DNA from: Blastocladiella emersonii ATCC 22665
Taxonomy: Eukaryota; Fungi; Blastocladiomycota
Assembly (NCBI GenBank): GCA_025594325.1
Contig: JANHCV010000001.1
Location: 4,898,001-4,962,000, forward strand
Direction: 5' to 3'
Length of the DNA: 64,000 nucleotides
Positions 1-13,000 of the stretch are shown here, one piece after another. A program made the translations under genes and the position numbers. A model generated the notes under the pieces. That model searched no databases. It had not been told where the DNA came from and saw only the letters and a list, made by a program, of their open reading frames with translations. The first letter of the stretch is position 1, and every line of letters begins with the position of its first letter.

Positions 1-787
1 CCACGGCCGTGTCCTCGGTCTCGAGCTTGTCGAGCTGCTCGAGCAGCGAGCGCGCGGGAGTGCCGAAGAGCGACTTGGCCCAGCCGCGGCGGAACGCCGG
101 GTTGACAACCTTGCGCTGGCGCTTCCAGGTCGACGTCTGAGTAGGTGGAGAAAGAAATGTGTTAGTAGTCGCACGAAGGAAGTTCACCGACTGTGAAGCG
201 TACCCGCGTCATGGCGACGTTGTCGCCGAGGAAGGCGCGGCTGACGGGGTTGGGCATCTTGGACACGTCCATCTTCTCGAACTGCTCGTGGCCCGTCAGG
301 AGCATCTTCGCGTCCTCGGGGTTGGCCACCACGACGGTCCAGCGACCCATCCTACATCAAAAACATTGTGAGTATGAAGGTTTCGGCTTCAGTAAGAGCG
401 CGGGCGCGAAGGCACTTACATCCAGTTGAGCCACATGCGCGGCGTCTGCTCGGGCGACGTGATGGCGCCGCGGCGGAGCGCGTCCTCGCGGAGCAGCTTG
501 ATCAGCTCGGGGCGCCAGTTGAGGAAGCCCTCGCCCGAGGTCATGAACTTGATGGTTTTGCTGATGGGGACTCGCGGCAGGTGGCGGAGGTGCGGCGGGA
601 CGCGGAACATCTTCCACCACAGGCGACCCGTGAGGACGGCGATGACCGCGAGCGCGGCGAGGAGCGACGACTTGCCCGGGCCAAGCAGCTGGGCGAGCTG
701 CGTGAGCGGGGCCAGGCGCTGCTCGAGGTGCAGCGGCTCGAGGGCCTTGGTGACAGAGTTCAGGAGGGTGCTCGAAGTCGATGGCAT
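1..787 (-). CDS. Cytochrome P450, N-terminal part; the gene runs off the window start
   Basis: Exons 787-420, 351-204 and 136-<1 with GT..AG introns. N-terminal hydrophobic anchor (LLAALAVIAVLTGRLWW), Pro-rich hinge (VPPHLRHLP), and C-helix motif TWKRQRKVVNPAF typical of P450s. The heme-binding Cys lies outside the window. Confidence 0.8.
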
Positions 788-1748
788 GGTTTTGTGTGGT
801 TGAGTATCAGTTTGAAGGAAGGCAGTGCGAGCGGGCGCTGGCCGCTTCATATAGCCCTCAGCGGCCGGCATATGCGCCGCGCTTGGACTGACTGTCAGGT
901 CCTTTCGCTCCCGCCGCTTCCGACGGACCACGGATTCACACGCGTGCGCGGGAGGCATTGGGCGGCGGCGTTGAGTGCACGGAGCGCTTGATCGCGCATG
1001 CTGGCCCGGTCGGTCCGTCGGACGTGTGCGTGGCTGCGCCACCCTGAACGCGCTGAGCCACCGCCACTCCTGACCACCTCGCAAGTGCCCATTGACGAGG
1101 CTTACATGGCGACGCGAGTGGCAGCGGGAGCGGTCACAGTCATGTTGGTTCGTAAGATGGTCGATTTGTTGCTAGGGTCGGTAGGTCGATGGTTTTCATC
1201 GTCAACCGGCCAGAGCCGCGCTTTATAGGTCTGGCTCACAGCCTCGCTATCCGATGCGCTTGACGCTCGCGGGTAATGACGCGCTCAGGCATCCATTTTC
1301 CGTTGAGCGCGAAGTCAAGAAAGACGGGCTGCGCGTCGACGCGTCGTGCCGCGTTACCGCTCCCAAGGTGCTGAAAGCAGTCCGGTAGACTCCCTGTGTA
1401 CCGTGGACAGAGAACACACGGCTGCCGAGTGTGTGTGCCAGCGCGGCGGTGCGTCTCCGGAATCGGTGCCATCCGCACTGCGCGATCGGAGCGCTACTCC
1501 GAGCCACCGGGTACTTTGTACTTACGTCGGGCCGGGTACGCGGAAGACGCGTCGCGTCGCCTGGCGATGTATGTGGCTGTGATTTGAAACGGTGATCGGC
1601 CCCTAGCGACCGGCCACGTGGGCTGGAGTGATTTGATGTCGCAACTCGCCCCTCGCCACTGCTCGCGCTCATCGACGCGTCTTGCGCGTGCCTGTGCCGA
1701 GTGTGGGATCCCGAAACGAAGCAAATTAAACACACGTAGCAAATCGCC

Positions 1749-4700
1749 ATGGCCGAGGAGCTCACACGCGCGCTCAAGTCGAGCGCCGTCCCCGCGGCCG
1801 AGAAGCTCTCGCTCGCCGCGGCCGCGTTCCGCAACCCGCGCCTACGTCTGCCGCGCAAGGCCGAGTTCCTCGCCGACTGGCTCGTGAACCTGATCTTCAA
1901 GTCCCGCACCTGGGAGAATCTCGCCTTCGACACCACGCCGATCCTCGGCCCCGCCTACTGGTCGCTCCTCACCGAGCTGCTCGCGTCGCCCGCGCTGCAG
2001 GACCTCGGACGCAGCGGCACGCCGCTCAAGGCGCCCGTTTTCCCGCTCCTCGCTGCCGCCGTCACTGCGATCCCCGCGAACGTCACCGAGTCGGCCGATC
2101 GCGAGACGTTGTTCGGTCATGTCGACGCCTCGTTCCGCGTGCTCGCGCCTGCGCTGGCGACCATGCAGAAGATCACGGTTGACTCCTGGGCCGATCTCGT
2201 CCGGTCGCTCTGCACCGGCGCTGCGGCCGACGACGCCGCGCAGACGCCCTCGCTCGTCGCGCTGACGCATGCCGCGCTCGAGGCGTTTGCTAAGGTCCTT
2301 ACCGTCGCCACGCCCATCAAGAAGTATGTGGCGGTCGTCACGGCGCTGCTTCCTGCCCTCGTGAGTCTCCCCGTGGACATGCACGCTGCCGTCACGGGTG
2401 TGCTCGCGGCCGGCCTGTTCCCGCTCGAGGCGTCGCAGGACATGGTCAAGGCCATCTCCACCTACAACGACTCGCTCCGCTCCGCCAGTGGCCGCGTCGA
2501 GTCCTTCAGCAACAAGAAGGCGCGGTCCGCGCCCCGCCAGGCGTCGGCGACGGGCGCCACGTCGGCAATTCTTCCCGCCGACCTCACCAAGGCCCTCATG
2601 AAGCTCGGCTCCCGCGACGCTCTCCGCCGGGCACAGCGTTTGCTGCTCGAGGTCGCCATCGACCGCCTCTCGGTCGCCGATCCCGCCAACACGTCGTCGC
2701 TGACGTGGCTCGCCGTCTACGAGGCGCTGACCGAGATTGCCGCTGACGACTACGACCAGCACACGGCGCTGCTCGAGTTCCTCTCGTCGCAGGACCGGCT
2801 CCGGCTGACCGACGACCGCGACGACCGCCTTTCCACGGCGCTGCGGTTCGCCATCGACGTCGGTGCCGACACGCCCGAGGCCCTGCTCCAGCGGTTCCTC
2901 GTCATTGCCGAGATCGGGATCAAGCAGGCCGAGCTCGCCCTACCGCGTGCGATCGCCGCGCTCGCCAACCGTGTCGAGGAGGATCCCGCGTTTGCCGCCG
3001 CCACGGCCGAGCGCATGATCCGCGTGTACGGCCAGGCGCGCTCGCTCAACGTGCTCTTTGTCCAGCTCCAGCATGGGCTCCTTACGGCCTCGCCCGCTGC
3101 CGTCACCACGCTACTCGGCCATGCCTCGGTTCTCTCCACGTACGCGTCTCCTTCATCGGTTCGCACTGCGCTCAGCTTGAGCTAACCACCAAAACTTGCG
3201 TAGCTTTGCTGATGCCCTGCCGAGCGCCGTGTCGGCCATGTGGTTCGACGTCATGGACGTGTTCACGACGACGCTCGACCTCGCGGCCAGCGACGCCGTG
3301 ACCTCGATTCTCGCGACTTACGTTGCCCTCATGCTCGAGGCGGTTCCCGACCAGTCGTCGCTCGAGTCGGAGCGCACCCAGCTCGCCGCCACCCTCGCGG
3401 GCTACACGCGCGCGCACCGCGACTCGCCCGCGGCGCTGCACATTCACCTGTACGCCATGAACGCGCTCCCGCAGTACGCGGCAGCGTGGCCCGCTACCGA
3501 GCTCGCCTCGCTCGCCGAGTCTGCCGTCGCCAAGGTCCCGTGGGTCGGCGCCGGCGTCGCGCTCCAGGCCGCCCTCATGGCCGGGTGCACCGAGTCCGTG
3601 ACGGTCGCGCTCACGGCGTACGGTCCCGCCGACCTCGCCAAGGCCAAGGCGCCGTGGAACGGTCTGTTCTGGGAGCTGACCGCCGATAACCGCGTCACGT
3701 TCTGGTGGATGATCGTGGTGCAGTTCTTTGACGCCATCGAGTCGCTGGCGTCGCAGGCAGCGCTCGACAACCTCGCTGCCGTGTTCACCCGCTCGCTCGA
3801 GATGCCCATCGTCAAGAACGCCGACGGCGAGTCGTACTCGGTCGCGTCCGTGTCGACCGAGGCCCTCGGCGCCGCGTCCATGTACGAGCTCGCCTGGCTG
3901 CGCCCGCACCTCGCGCGCTTCTTCACCACGGGCGGCCCGCTGTCGCCGGCCAAGCAGTCGCTGCTCGCGAGCTTCCCGTCCGTCTACTTCACGCTCGCCG
4001 AGCGCAACCAGATCGTCGGCTCGCTGCTGAACCAGGCCGCAGCGAAGGGCGAGTGGACCGACGCGGCCAAGCGGCTGGTCCTGTCGCTCGACTCGACGAT
4101 CCTGCCCGACCAGGCGCTGCTCGAGCGCGTGATTGCTGCGGCGACGAGCGCCGAGGCCGCGCACGCCGACACGCTGATCGCCAACAAGCTGATCCGCCAG
4201 CGGCTCCAGCGCACGAGCACCGCCGCCGAAATCGTCGGCGCGCTCGTCGCACACCACGGCGACCGCGACCCGATCTTCACGTGGCGCCTGCTCCTCGACT
4301 GGGTGCACTTGTCCAAGTCGGCCGCGGCCGAGCGTGCGGCGGCCGTTGCCGCGGCGATCGGCGGTGCCCACGCGAGCGTCAACGAGGATGTGCACTCCGC
4401 GATGCTGATCCTCCTGCGCTCGGCCGCGGGCGATGCCGCCGACCAGGTGTGCAGCGCTCTCGACGTGGACGCGTGGATGGCACGGCTGCTCGAGCCCGGC
4501 GCCGCCATGGACCCGCTCGTCGTGCGCGCGCTCGAGGTCGTGGTCGCGCAGACGCCGGACGAGGCCGAGTTCACCGAGCGGTACCAGCGGATCGTCGACA
4601 CGCCCGTGGCGCAGACTGCGGGGTCCCTCGCCAACTGGATCGTACTGGTGCACGTGTTCTCGGCGTCGGCGCACCACGAGCACGCGGTGCGCAAGATGCT

Positions 4701-5556
4701 GCGGCACACGCTGTGCCGGATCGAGGCGGTCGCGGCGTCGGCCACGTCGCTCGCCGACATTCTCGCGGGGCTCGACCTCGTGCAGCGCCTGCTCGAGAAG
4801 ATTGGCCGCATGTCGCCGCGCACGCTGTCGCAGGTCCTGCTCCTCGTCGCGCACCTCGTCAGCGCGACCACGGCGGCACGCCTGTTCGAGCACGTGGCGC
4901 CCGAGTCCATTTCGGCGGCCGACCGTGAGGCGCTGTTCATGGGTGTTGTCGACGTGCTCGCGGCGATGCTGCACCACCAGCGCCGCGGGCTCATGGGCAC
5001 GCCCGTCATGTTCTGCGCCATGCTGCGCGACCTGATGCTGTGCTTCCTCGAGCCCGGCCGGTACGCGCGCGACGGCGGCGCCGCCGCCGCCGCTGCTGCG
5101 GGCAAGAAGTCGACCGCTGCCGCTTCCGTCCCCGCGGGCCTCCCGCTCGCGCTCCTCACCTCGCTCGCGCCGTACTCGCACGTGTGCGCGTGGGCGTGGC
5201 ACCGACTCGTGGCGGGCATCTCGACGCTGTCGGCGCCCGCGCTGCTGAGCCTCAAGGGCGCGTCGTCGGCGCGGCTGATCGCGCCGCTCGCGCGGCACGC
5301 CGGCCACGTGGTCGCCGAGTACGCGCTGTGGACGGCGTTCGCGGTGCCCGCGTCGCACCCGCGGTTCGGATGGGCCGTCGTCACGTCCGCCAAGTCGCGC
5401 GCCGCGCTCGTCCGCGGCGTGTATGCGGCGCTTGACCTCGTCGGTGACGATGGCCGCGCGGCGATCCTCGCGGCGGTGCCGGCCGGCGCCAAGGCGACGG
5501 TCAAGGAGCTCGTCGCGGACTACGAGAAGTACTTCAAGTTCCACGGCAAGGTCTAA
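1749..5556 (+). CDS. URB2: Nucleolar pre-ribosome factor Urb2/Npa2-like protein (~1247 aa)
   Basis: join(1749..3139,3204..5556); the intron (GTACGC..GCTAAC..TAG) restores the frame. N-terminus LPRKAEFLADWL and C-terminus GVYAALDLVGDDGRAAILAAVPAGAKATVKELVADYEKYFKFHGKV resemble the Urb2/Npa2 termini. Confidence 0.75.
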
Positions 5557-5837
5557 GGCGTGGGGTTGGTTGAGTAGTTCCATACATAGTCCGTTTGTTC
5601 TAGAAGCCTCATGTCTCCCGACATGAGATGCGAGACGCGTTGCGCCACAGCCACCCGCCGGCGCGTCTCTCACCATCGCGCTCCACCGCAGGGACCGAGT
5701 CGAGGAGACTTGATTTATCGGGGCGCTCCTCGCTACATGCATCGATCATCCATCCATACTGAATGAACAGTTGCTGAAACGAAACCGACGGATCGACACA
5801 CTCGAGGAACATCCACTCTCGCCGCGACAACGCCAAC

Positions 5838-7705
5838 ATGCCGAACGTCGACTTGATTAACCTGAAGCGCTACGAGACGCAGCAGTCGGACAAGGTCCGT
5901 GGGGAGTAGCCGCGCACTATAATAGCCACAGCCCCTCACCGCGACCGTGTGTAGGAGACGTCCAAGGCGTGGGACGACGGGTCGGTCGAGAAGCTGTTCG
6001 AGGCGCAGAACCTGGCCAAGACCAAGCTGAAGCAGATCGTGCGCCGCGGCGTGCCGGACGGGATTCGGAGCCTGGTGTGGCCCGAGTTCCTCAAGATGCA
6101 CAAGATGCCCGAGTACGACAAGAACTACACCAAGGCGCTGTTCCGCGTGCACGGCAGCAAGCCGCCCGAGTCGGTCGCGCTGTGCCCGCAGTTTGGCGGG
6201 TCGCTGTTCCCGGACTGGCTGTGCCTGACGCCCAAGGGGTTCCTGGTCGCCGGCCGGCTGCTGTCGATCCTGGCCTACGACTACCCGCACATCGAGTACT
6301 GCCCGTTCCTGCCCGTGATCGTGGTCCTGCTGCTGCACCACGTCGGGCCCGACGACACGCTCGGCAGCATCAACTGGATGATCAAGCGCACGCTCGTCAA
6401 CCACGACGTGTGGACCACCTTCCCGACGTACAAGCGCGACATCAAGGCGCTCAACCACGCGTTCGCCGAGCTCGTCAAGTCGACGCTGTCCAAGGTCTGG
6501 AAGCACATTGAGCTGCTCAACAACACGGACAAGCCGCTGTGGGCGCGGTGGTTCTGCGACTTTTTCATCGGCGTGCTTCCGCTCGACGTCATCTTCCATA
6601 TCATGGACTCGTTCCTCATCGAGGGCCACAAGGTGCTCCTGCGCTACGCCCTGGCCCTGCTCGAGTCACGGTCCGCCGCCGTCCTCGCCTGCGTTGCGTG
6701 GGACGACGTGCGCGCGTGCTTCCTCCTCGAGCCGCCAAAGCCCAAGGACCCGTCCGCGGCCGCCTCCGCCTCCGCTTCCTCAGGAAACAACGCGCAGAAG
6801 CTGCCGTCGCCCGTGTCGCCGACGGTCCCGACCAACGTGTGGACGGGCGCGCACACCGTGAACGCGGCGGCGCTGACCAAGTCGGCCTTCGCGTACAAGT
6901 TCAGCAAGAAGAAGCTGCTCGAGTGGCGCAACGCGTACCACGCGTCGAAGCCGGGCGCGGGCGGCCACCGCGAGGGTTCGCTGACGGACCTGATCCAGGG
7001 CCTGTCGGGCACCAACGTCGAGCTGCCGCGGCTGCTGCACAGCGAGGCGTCGGCGTTCATGACGACCGAGGACTGGGCCGCCGTGTGGAAGTGGGTCCCC
7101 GCGCGGCACAAGGTGGCGGCGCTCGAGCTCGCCTTCACCACGCGCAAGCACGGCCGCGCCCTCGCCACCTTCTACGACCTGTGCCGCGAGCGCGAGCCGA
7201 CGCTGCTGTTCATCGAGACCATGGATGGCAGCGTGTTCGGCGCCTTCTGCCCCGCCTCGTGGCCGCTGTCGAACCGCGACTTCCAAAAGTTTTTCGGGAC
7301 CGGCGAGACGTTTGTGTTCACGCTCAAGTCGGCGGGACACAACGCGGCCATCTGCTTCCCGTGGATCCACGCCACACCGACGGGTGGCTCGGCGGCGGCA
7401 ACCACGGCTGCGGGTCACGGGCTCGACCTCAACGTCGCCGACTCGACCAACAGCTTCATGTGGGCCGGGCCCAACGAGCTCATCATTGGCGGTGGCGGGT
7501 GCGTGTTTCTCTCAATCGGGACGACGCGCGTTCGATCTGACCCATCTTTTGCGAGTGTAGCAAGGGCCAGGCCATCTGGATCGACAAGGCCATGTCGAAC
7601 GGGTGGACGGCGACGTGCTCGACCTTCAACAACGCGCCGCTCGCGCCGACGCCCAAGTTCGAGATCAGCGTCATCGAGGTGTTCTCGTTCCGCATCACCA
7701 CGTGA
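5838..7705 (+). CDS. TBC + TLDc domain protein, TBC1D24/Skywalker-like (~581 aa)
   Basis: join(5838..5894,5955..7498,7561..7705). TBC motifs VRRGVPDGIRSLVW, IEYCPFLPVIVVLLLHH, DSFLIEGHKVLLRYALA. TLDc motifs FTTRKHGRALATFY, GSVFGAF, FFGTGETFVF, LIIGGGGKGQAIWID, CSTFNNAPL, IEVF. Confidence 0.85.
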
Positions 7706-7783
7706 TGCTCTTCTTGTTCCCGCGCGATGGAGCGCACGCAATACACGCACTAGAAGTTTGTTCGGAGCAAGCGCGGCAGTCTA

Positions 7784-9626
7784 TTACGGAGGGGTCTCGC
7801 CGACAGCAACAACGGGCGACAGGATAAGCGGGGATTCGAGCCGCGGACTCGCTGGCGGCGAGGATGACCGCGCGGCGCCGAGTTGGGACAGCGCGCGGAG
7901 CTGGTCTCGCAGCGTGGCGAGGTCGGACGGATCCTCGACGAGTTCGCGCGACAGGAGCTTGATGACGAGCTGGAGCAGCGGCGTAGATTCTGGCTCGGTC
8001 GGGTCCAGTAGCGACTAGACATGTCGTGAGGGTGAGTAGAGAGTCACGCTGCGGGGCGTAGCGAAGGAAGCCGTACAAGATGCACGCTGGTCAGGACCTC
8101 GACGGTGAGCGCACGAGCCGGGCCATAGATGCGCTCCGAGAGGAAGCCATCGGGTAGTGGGATGGACGGAATCGGCGGGCTCTACGGTCGGCACAAGTCA
8201 GTCACTCGCGAGAGCACCGTAAGGTGCGGCGAGAACGAACCTTGAGGAAGCTGAGGCACCACACGGAGAGCACGCCGAACAGCGCCGTCACGTCGGTACA
8301 CTGGAGCGCGGCCGTGCACTTGAACGTAGCCGCGAACTCGGCCTAGAGGGAGCGCAGTCAGTATCGGACCACTCGACGAGGAGGCGCGAACCAGCGTACC
8401 AGGATCTCTTCGCGCTCGCGCACGGCGTCCTCGGTCCCCGTCCCCTCGACCACGCTGCGCAGCGACGCGGTGACGGCGTCGACCGACAAACTCGCGGTGA
8501 GCCGGCGGATCTGGTTGAGCGTGGCGAGGACGAGCTTGTGGACGCTGAGCCTCGCCTCGACGCCGTGGAGGAGGGCGCGCTGGGCCTTCATGACCTCGAG
8601 GATATCAAACTGGCCGTGGAACCGCGGGTCGATGGAGACGCGCGAGCGGAGGCGGGCGACGACCGTGGCAAAGTCGGAGACGAAGCCGGCCTGTTTTGCG
8701 GTCTGGACGGACCCGGGCCGCTTGGTGCGGACGAGCTGCACGGCGTCGAACGCGGACATGTTTTGGTCGTAGACGAGGTAGCACGCGATGGCGAGCCCCG
8801 TGCGGCCGAGCCCCGCGTGGCAGTGCACGGCGACGCGGCGGCCGCTCGCAATCTCGTTGGCCATGACCTTGACGATGCTCAGGATCTGCTCGAAGGTCGG
8901 CACGTTCATGTCCTCCCACGAGAAGTTGTAGTAGAAAACTGTTCAGTTTCGAGGCGCAAGTCAGCAACCGGCGTGCAGCAGCGCGGCGAAAGGGAGACAC
9001 GTACACCCTTGACGGATCCACTCCTCGGGGTCGTAGGAGAACCCGGTCGCGGGGAGCACGCCGTACCCGCACGCCGGGTGCTCGTGCGGCTGCTGGAGGT
9101 TGAGGATACACTTGATGCCCTCGGCGAGCATGCACTTGGCGAGTGCGTGCTGCTCCATGTGGAACGCGGCGGGCCGCGCCATGGCGAGCACGTTGGGCGT
9201 GACCCACGACGAGTACAGGTGCGGGAGGACCGTGTGGCCGGGCCACGTCGCGGCGGCCGTCGACCCGCAGTACCGACACGTCTTGCCGCCGCAGAAGGCG
9301 CACGTGTGGGCGTTGAGGGCGCCGGCGCGGCTCGCGACCGTCGATGCGGCGGCCGCCGTTGCCGCGGCCACGTTGGACGCCGCAGCTACGACGGGGGTCA
9401 CAGGCCGCTTGATGAGCTGCAGCGCCGCGTTCGACACGTTGGTGGCAGCACCTGAGATGCGCGCGCCCGCGGCCACGAGCGGACTCGACGTGCCCGGCTT
9501 GCCCGGGGGCGAGGGTGCCGGGATCGGGCTGGGCGAGGGCGTCCGCCGGCCGCCGTTCACCGCGCGGGCGGGTTTCGCTGCAGCGTTTGCGGCGGCGGTC
9601 GCAGGCTCGATTGCGTTTGGTGGCAT
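7784..9626 (-). CDS. PTPDC1: Protein tyrosine phosphatase domain-containing protein 1 (PTPDC1)-like
   Basis: Exons 9626-9005, 8938-8400, 8342-8241, then about 8181-8077 and 8014-7784 (last two approximate). Contains CxxCGGxxC, SSWVTPNVLAMARP, FYYNFSWEDM and the catalytic loop HCHAGLGRTG, as in PTPDC1. Confidence 0.85.
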
Positions 9627-10039
9627 TGCATAGACTGGCGAGGATTCCGGTGCAGCGGGAGCAGTGATCCGCGGGTCGGCGCTTCGCCGCGAAACCGGCG
9701 CGTCGGCGCGCATCACGTGGGGCGCGCCGTGATGTGTGACGCGTCTCCCGGCCCGTCGCGCAGCGGCCGCGGCACCCCGACCTGGTGCGATATCTGCCCA
9801 TCGCAAATGCGGACAAGGCCTGACATCGCGGGAGACATCGGGTGCGGGACGGCGCGCGCTATGATGAGCTAAATCCGGCCGGGCGACGGCTGCCCGCATC
9901 GCGCTCCGTGCACGTGCAGCTGAGAGGTGGTGTGCGTGTGCGCTCCAGGTTTCCCTGATCAGGGTCCGGGGGTCGCATCCTGCAATCTCAACCGCTCCAT
10001 GAACCTCTTCCATGCATCGGACTTGCCGCCGCCGCCACC

Positions 10040-13000
10040 ATGTCGACGCCACGGATCCTCTATGAATCAAAGGGCAAGAACCCGTCCGTGGTCCTCGACG
10101 ACTCGAATGCCTCGCTCCCCGACGCCGTGGCCGGCGAGGTCGCCGCCGCCGCCCCGGCCAGTACTGGCGCGGCTGCCGGGGAGCCGAGCAGCCGCAAACC
10201 GCCGACGCTGATGCGCCGCACCACGAGCCTGCCGCACGCGCCATCCGGCACCGGCGACGCGCCGCCGCCCGCGCCGCGACCCGACGCCCGGCCCGTCGTC
10301 GTGCACCACGGCATCCTCGACGGGATCATACGCGCCAGCAGCGCGGCCCCGTCGCTCCCGCGCCAGCCGAGCCCGCTCGGTCTCCAGAGCGGGGACGAGA
10401 GCAGCGACAGCGACAGCAGCGCGTCGAGGCCGGGCTCGCTCGAGCAACGGGCCGCCATCGCATCGGCCGCGCCCACGATGCCACCACTACCGCACGGCGC
10501 CCCGCTCGACCGTCGCAAATCCAAGTCAGCCGCCGGGCTCATGGTCGGCGTCGCGGCCGCCATGGCCGCGGCCAATGCGCGCGAGGCCGGCGCAATCCCG
10601 AAGATGCACCCGCTCGCGGCGCCGTCCCCCGCGCCGTCTTCGCCCGTCTCGGCGTCCCGGAGGCGGCGGCGCGACCACGAGGAGGGCGTCGACGAGGAGG
10701 ACGAGGAGGCCGACTCGGTCCTCCCAACAACCCAGCGGGTCGGCATGAGCCGCAAGCCGTCCACGGCGAGCCGATCGTACCGGCCAGCAAGCCCGGCGTC
10801 CGCCTCGGCCGCCCCACCTCCACCACCCCCCCCACCACCCTCGGCCGCCGATTCGACGCGGGACCGAATCGCCGAAGACACGCACGGCGTGACGGACGCA
10901 ATCATCGAGCGGATCAACACGATGCGGGTTCGGCCGGTGCACCCGGACCTGTTAGGCCCCGTCTCGCAGATGCACTTCTTCAACCTGGTCTTCGCGTTCG
11001 GAGTCACCGTGTGCAACGTGTACACGACGGCGACGATCCTGTTCGCCTTCTTCCGCGGCGGCGAGGTGAGCGGGATCAAGGACGCGGGCACCGCGCAGTG
11101 GCAGTCGGTCGTGCACGTCATTTCCGCAATTCTGCTCCTCGCCAGTGTCGCCAAGGACGTGTCCCGCGTCCTCATGACAATCGGCGTGCTCGCGCGCGTG
11201 TCGCAGGCCAAGCAGGTCAACAAGTGGGTGTTTGGTACGCCTTCGCGTCGATACCCGCCTTCGGGGCGCTGACAACCGTACCACGTTTAGCGTTCGCCAG
11301 CCACTCGCTGACCATGCTGCCCGCGGTCGCCGCGTCGCGTCCCGTGCAGCGTGCCATCACCGAGAGCGCATTACTCATGAGCCACCCGAAAGTCGTCGTC
11401 TTCGACCTGGTCCTGACCGACTTCCCGCAGGGCATGGAAGCTTTGATCCGCGTGTACAACGCGCCGGACGTGCTCAATTGGCTGATCGCGACGGTGAACG
11501 CGCTGTCCATCTTCTTCCACCTGTCGCGCGTGTCGTGGGCGACGCTGCTCATGATCAACGAGTACGGCCAGCGCCGGCAGCGGATCCAGGCGCGCCGCCT
11601 CGCCGTGCGCCGCTGGCGCTACGACCTGCAGATCTCGGTCGCCGTCGTCGGGTCCGACAAAGCCAAGGCCGCGTTCCTTAAACAGATTGCGTCGCACAGC
11701 AGCCCCGCCGCGACCACCGGGCACGGGATCAAGAAGTCGACGACGGGCGCGACGATCGGCAGCGCCATCAACAAGACCGGGCATACAGCGGGTATCGGCG
11801 CCTCGGGATCCGCCCGCGGGTCGTCGTCGGCGCTCGTCCAGGACCTCGCCATGCGCTCGCGCCTCAACACGGTCAACGCCATGAACCGCGTGTGGCACTC
11901 GACCACGGGGCTCGCGCTCGGCGCGGCCGCTGTCACGGGCGGGGTGACTGCGAGCCCACCGTCGTCGACCGCGGGACTGTCGGCTACCAACGGCGCCACC
12001 GCGCCGACGGGCACCGCGAGCCGGCCGGGTTCCGGGCAACTCGCGCCCGCGTCAATCCCACTCCCCGCGAGTGCCGCGGGTTCAGGCCCGCCGAGCGTGC
12101 AGGGCTCGGACACGTCGCTGGAAAACCACGGGAGCACGGGCGCGCTGAGCGGGAGCGGCGGCGTGGGCCCGAGCAACCCGAGCTGGATGAAGCTGCTGGT
12201 GTCGCAGCACCCGTCGACGCTGTCGTTCTTCCTGCAGGTGTACGCGCTGGCGGCGTTCCGGTTCGCGTTCCAGCTGGCGCAGTCGGCCGCCGCAGACCTC
12301 CCACCAGGCGATGTCGCGGGGCTCGAGTTCAACCACGCGGTGCGGACGCACGCGCGCGCGCTGAAACTGCTGGACGCCAAGAGCGTGTGGGCGGTCGACA
12401 CGCGGTCGGGGTCGCGCGAGGGCGACTTGGTGCGTGGCGCGATGACGGCGATCGCGGGGACCGCGCTGGTTAAGTCGACCATGGCGAACCTCGTGGACGT
12501 GGTGCAGGCGCCGCGCGAGCGCGCGACCTACCTCGGGCGGTTCGCGCGGCTGCTCGACGGGACCATCGCCAAGCTGCGCGGCGGCGGGCACCAGCGGATC
12601 CACGCGGACGCGGTGCTCGCGCTGCTGCCCGTCAACCCGACGGTCATGGCTAAAGTGCTCGACGACCTAAGGCCGCTGCTCGTCCGCGAGCGCATCCCGC
12701 CGGCGTTGCTGGGCGCGTGCCCGCACTCGCTCGCCGAGATGCTGTTCTGCACGCTGTGGGGATGTCCCGCCGTCAAGGCCGACCTCAACAAGGCCAAGGT
12801 CGCGTGCTTCATCGACGTGGACGTGGCCGGGCTCAAATCGGGCGTGTACGGGACCGCGCACGCGAGGGCCATGGTACGTTCTCCTCGCTCTCGCACGACG
12901 ACGGGTTTCTCACCGAGCGTCGCGGCGTCGCGGCGTAGAACGAGCTGCTGGACCTGACCGTGGTCGTGCTGGACATGAACGCGTTCGACGAGTTCGACAG

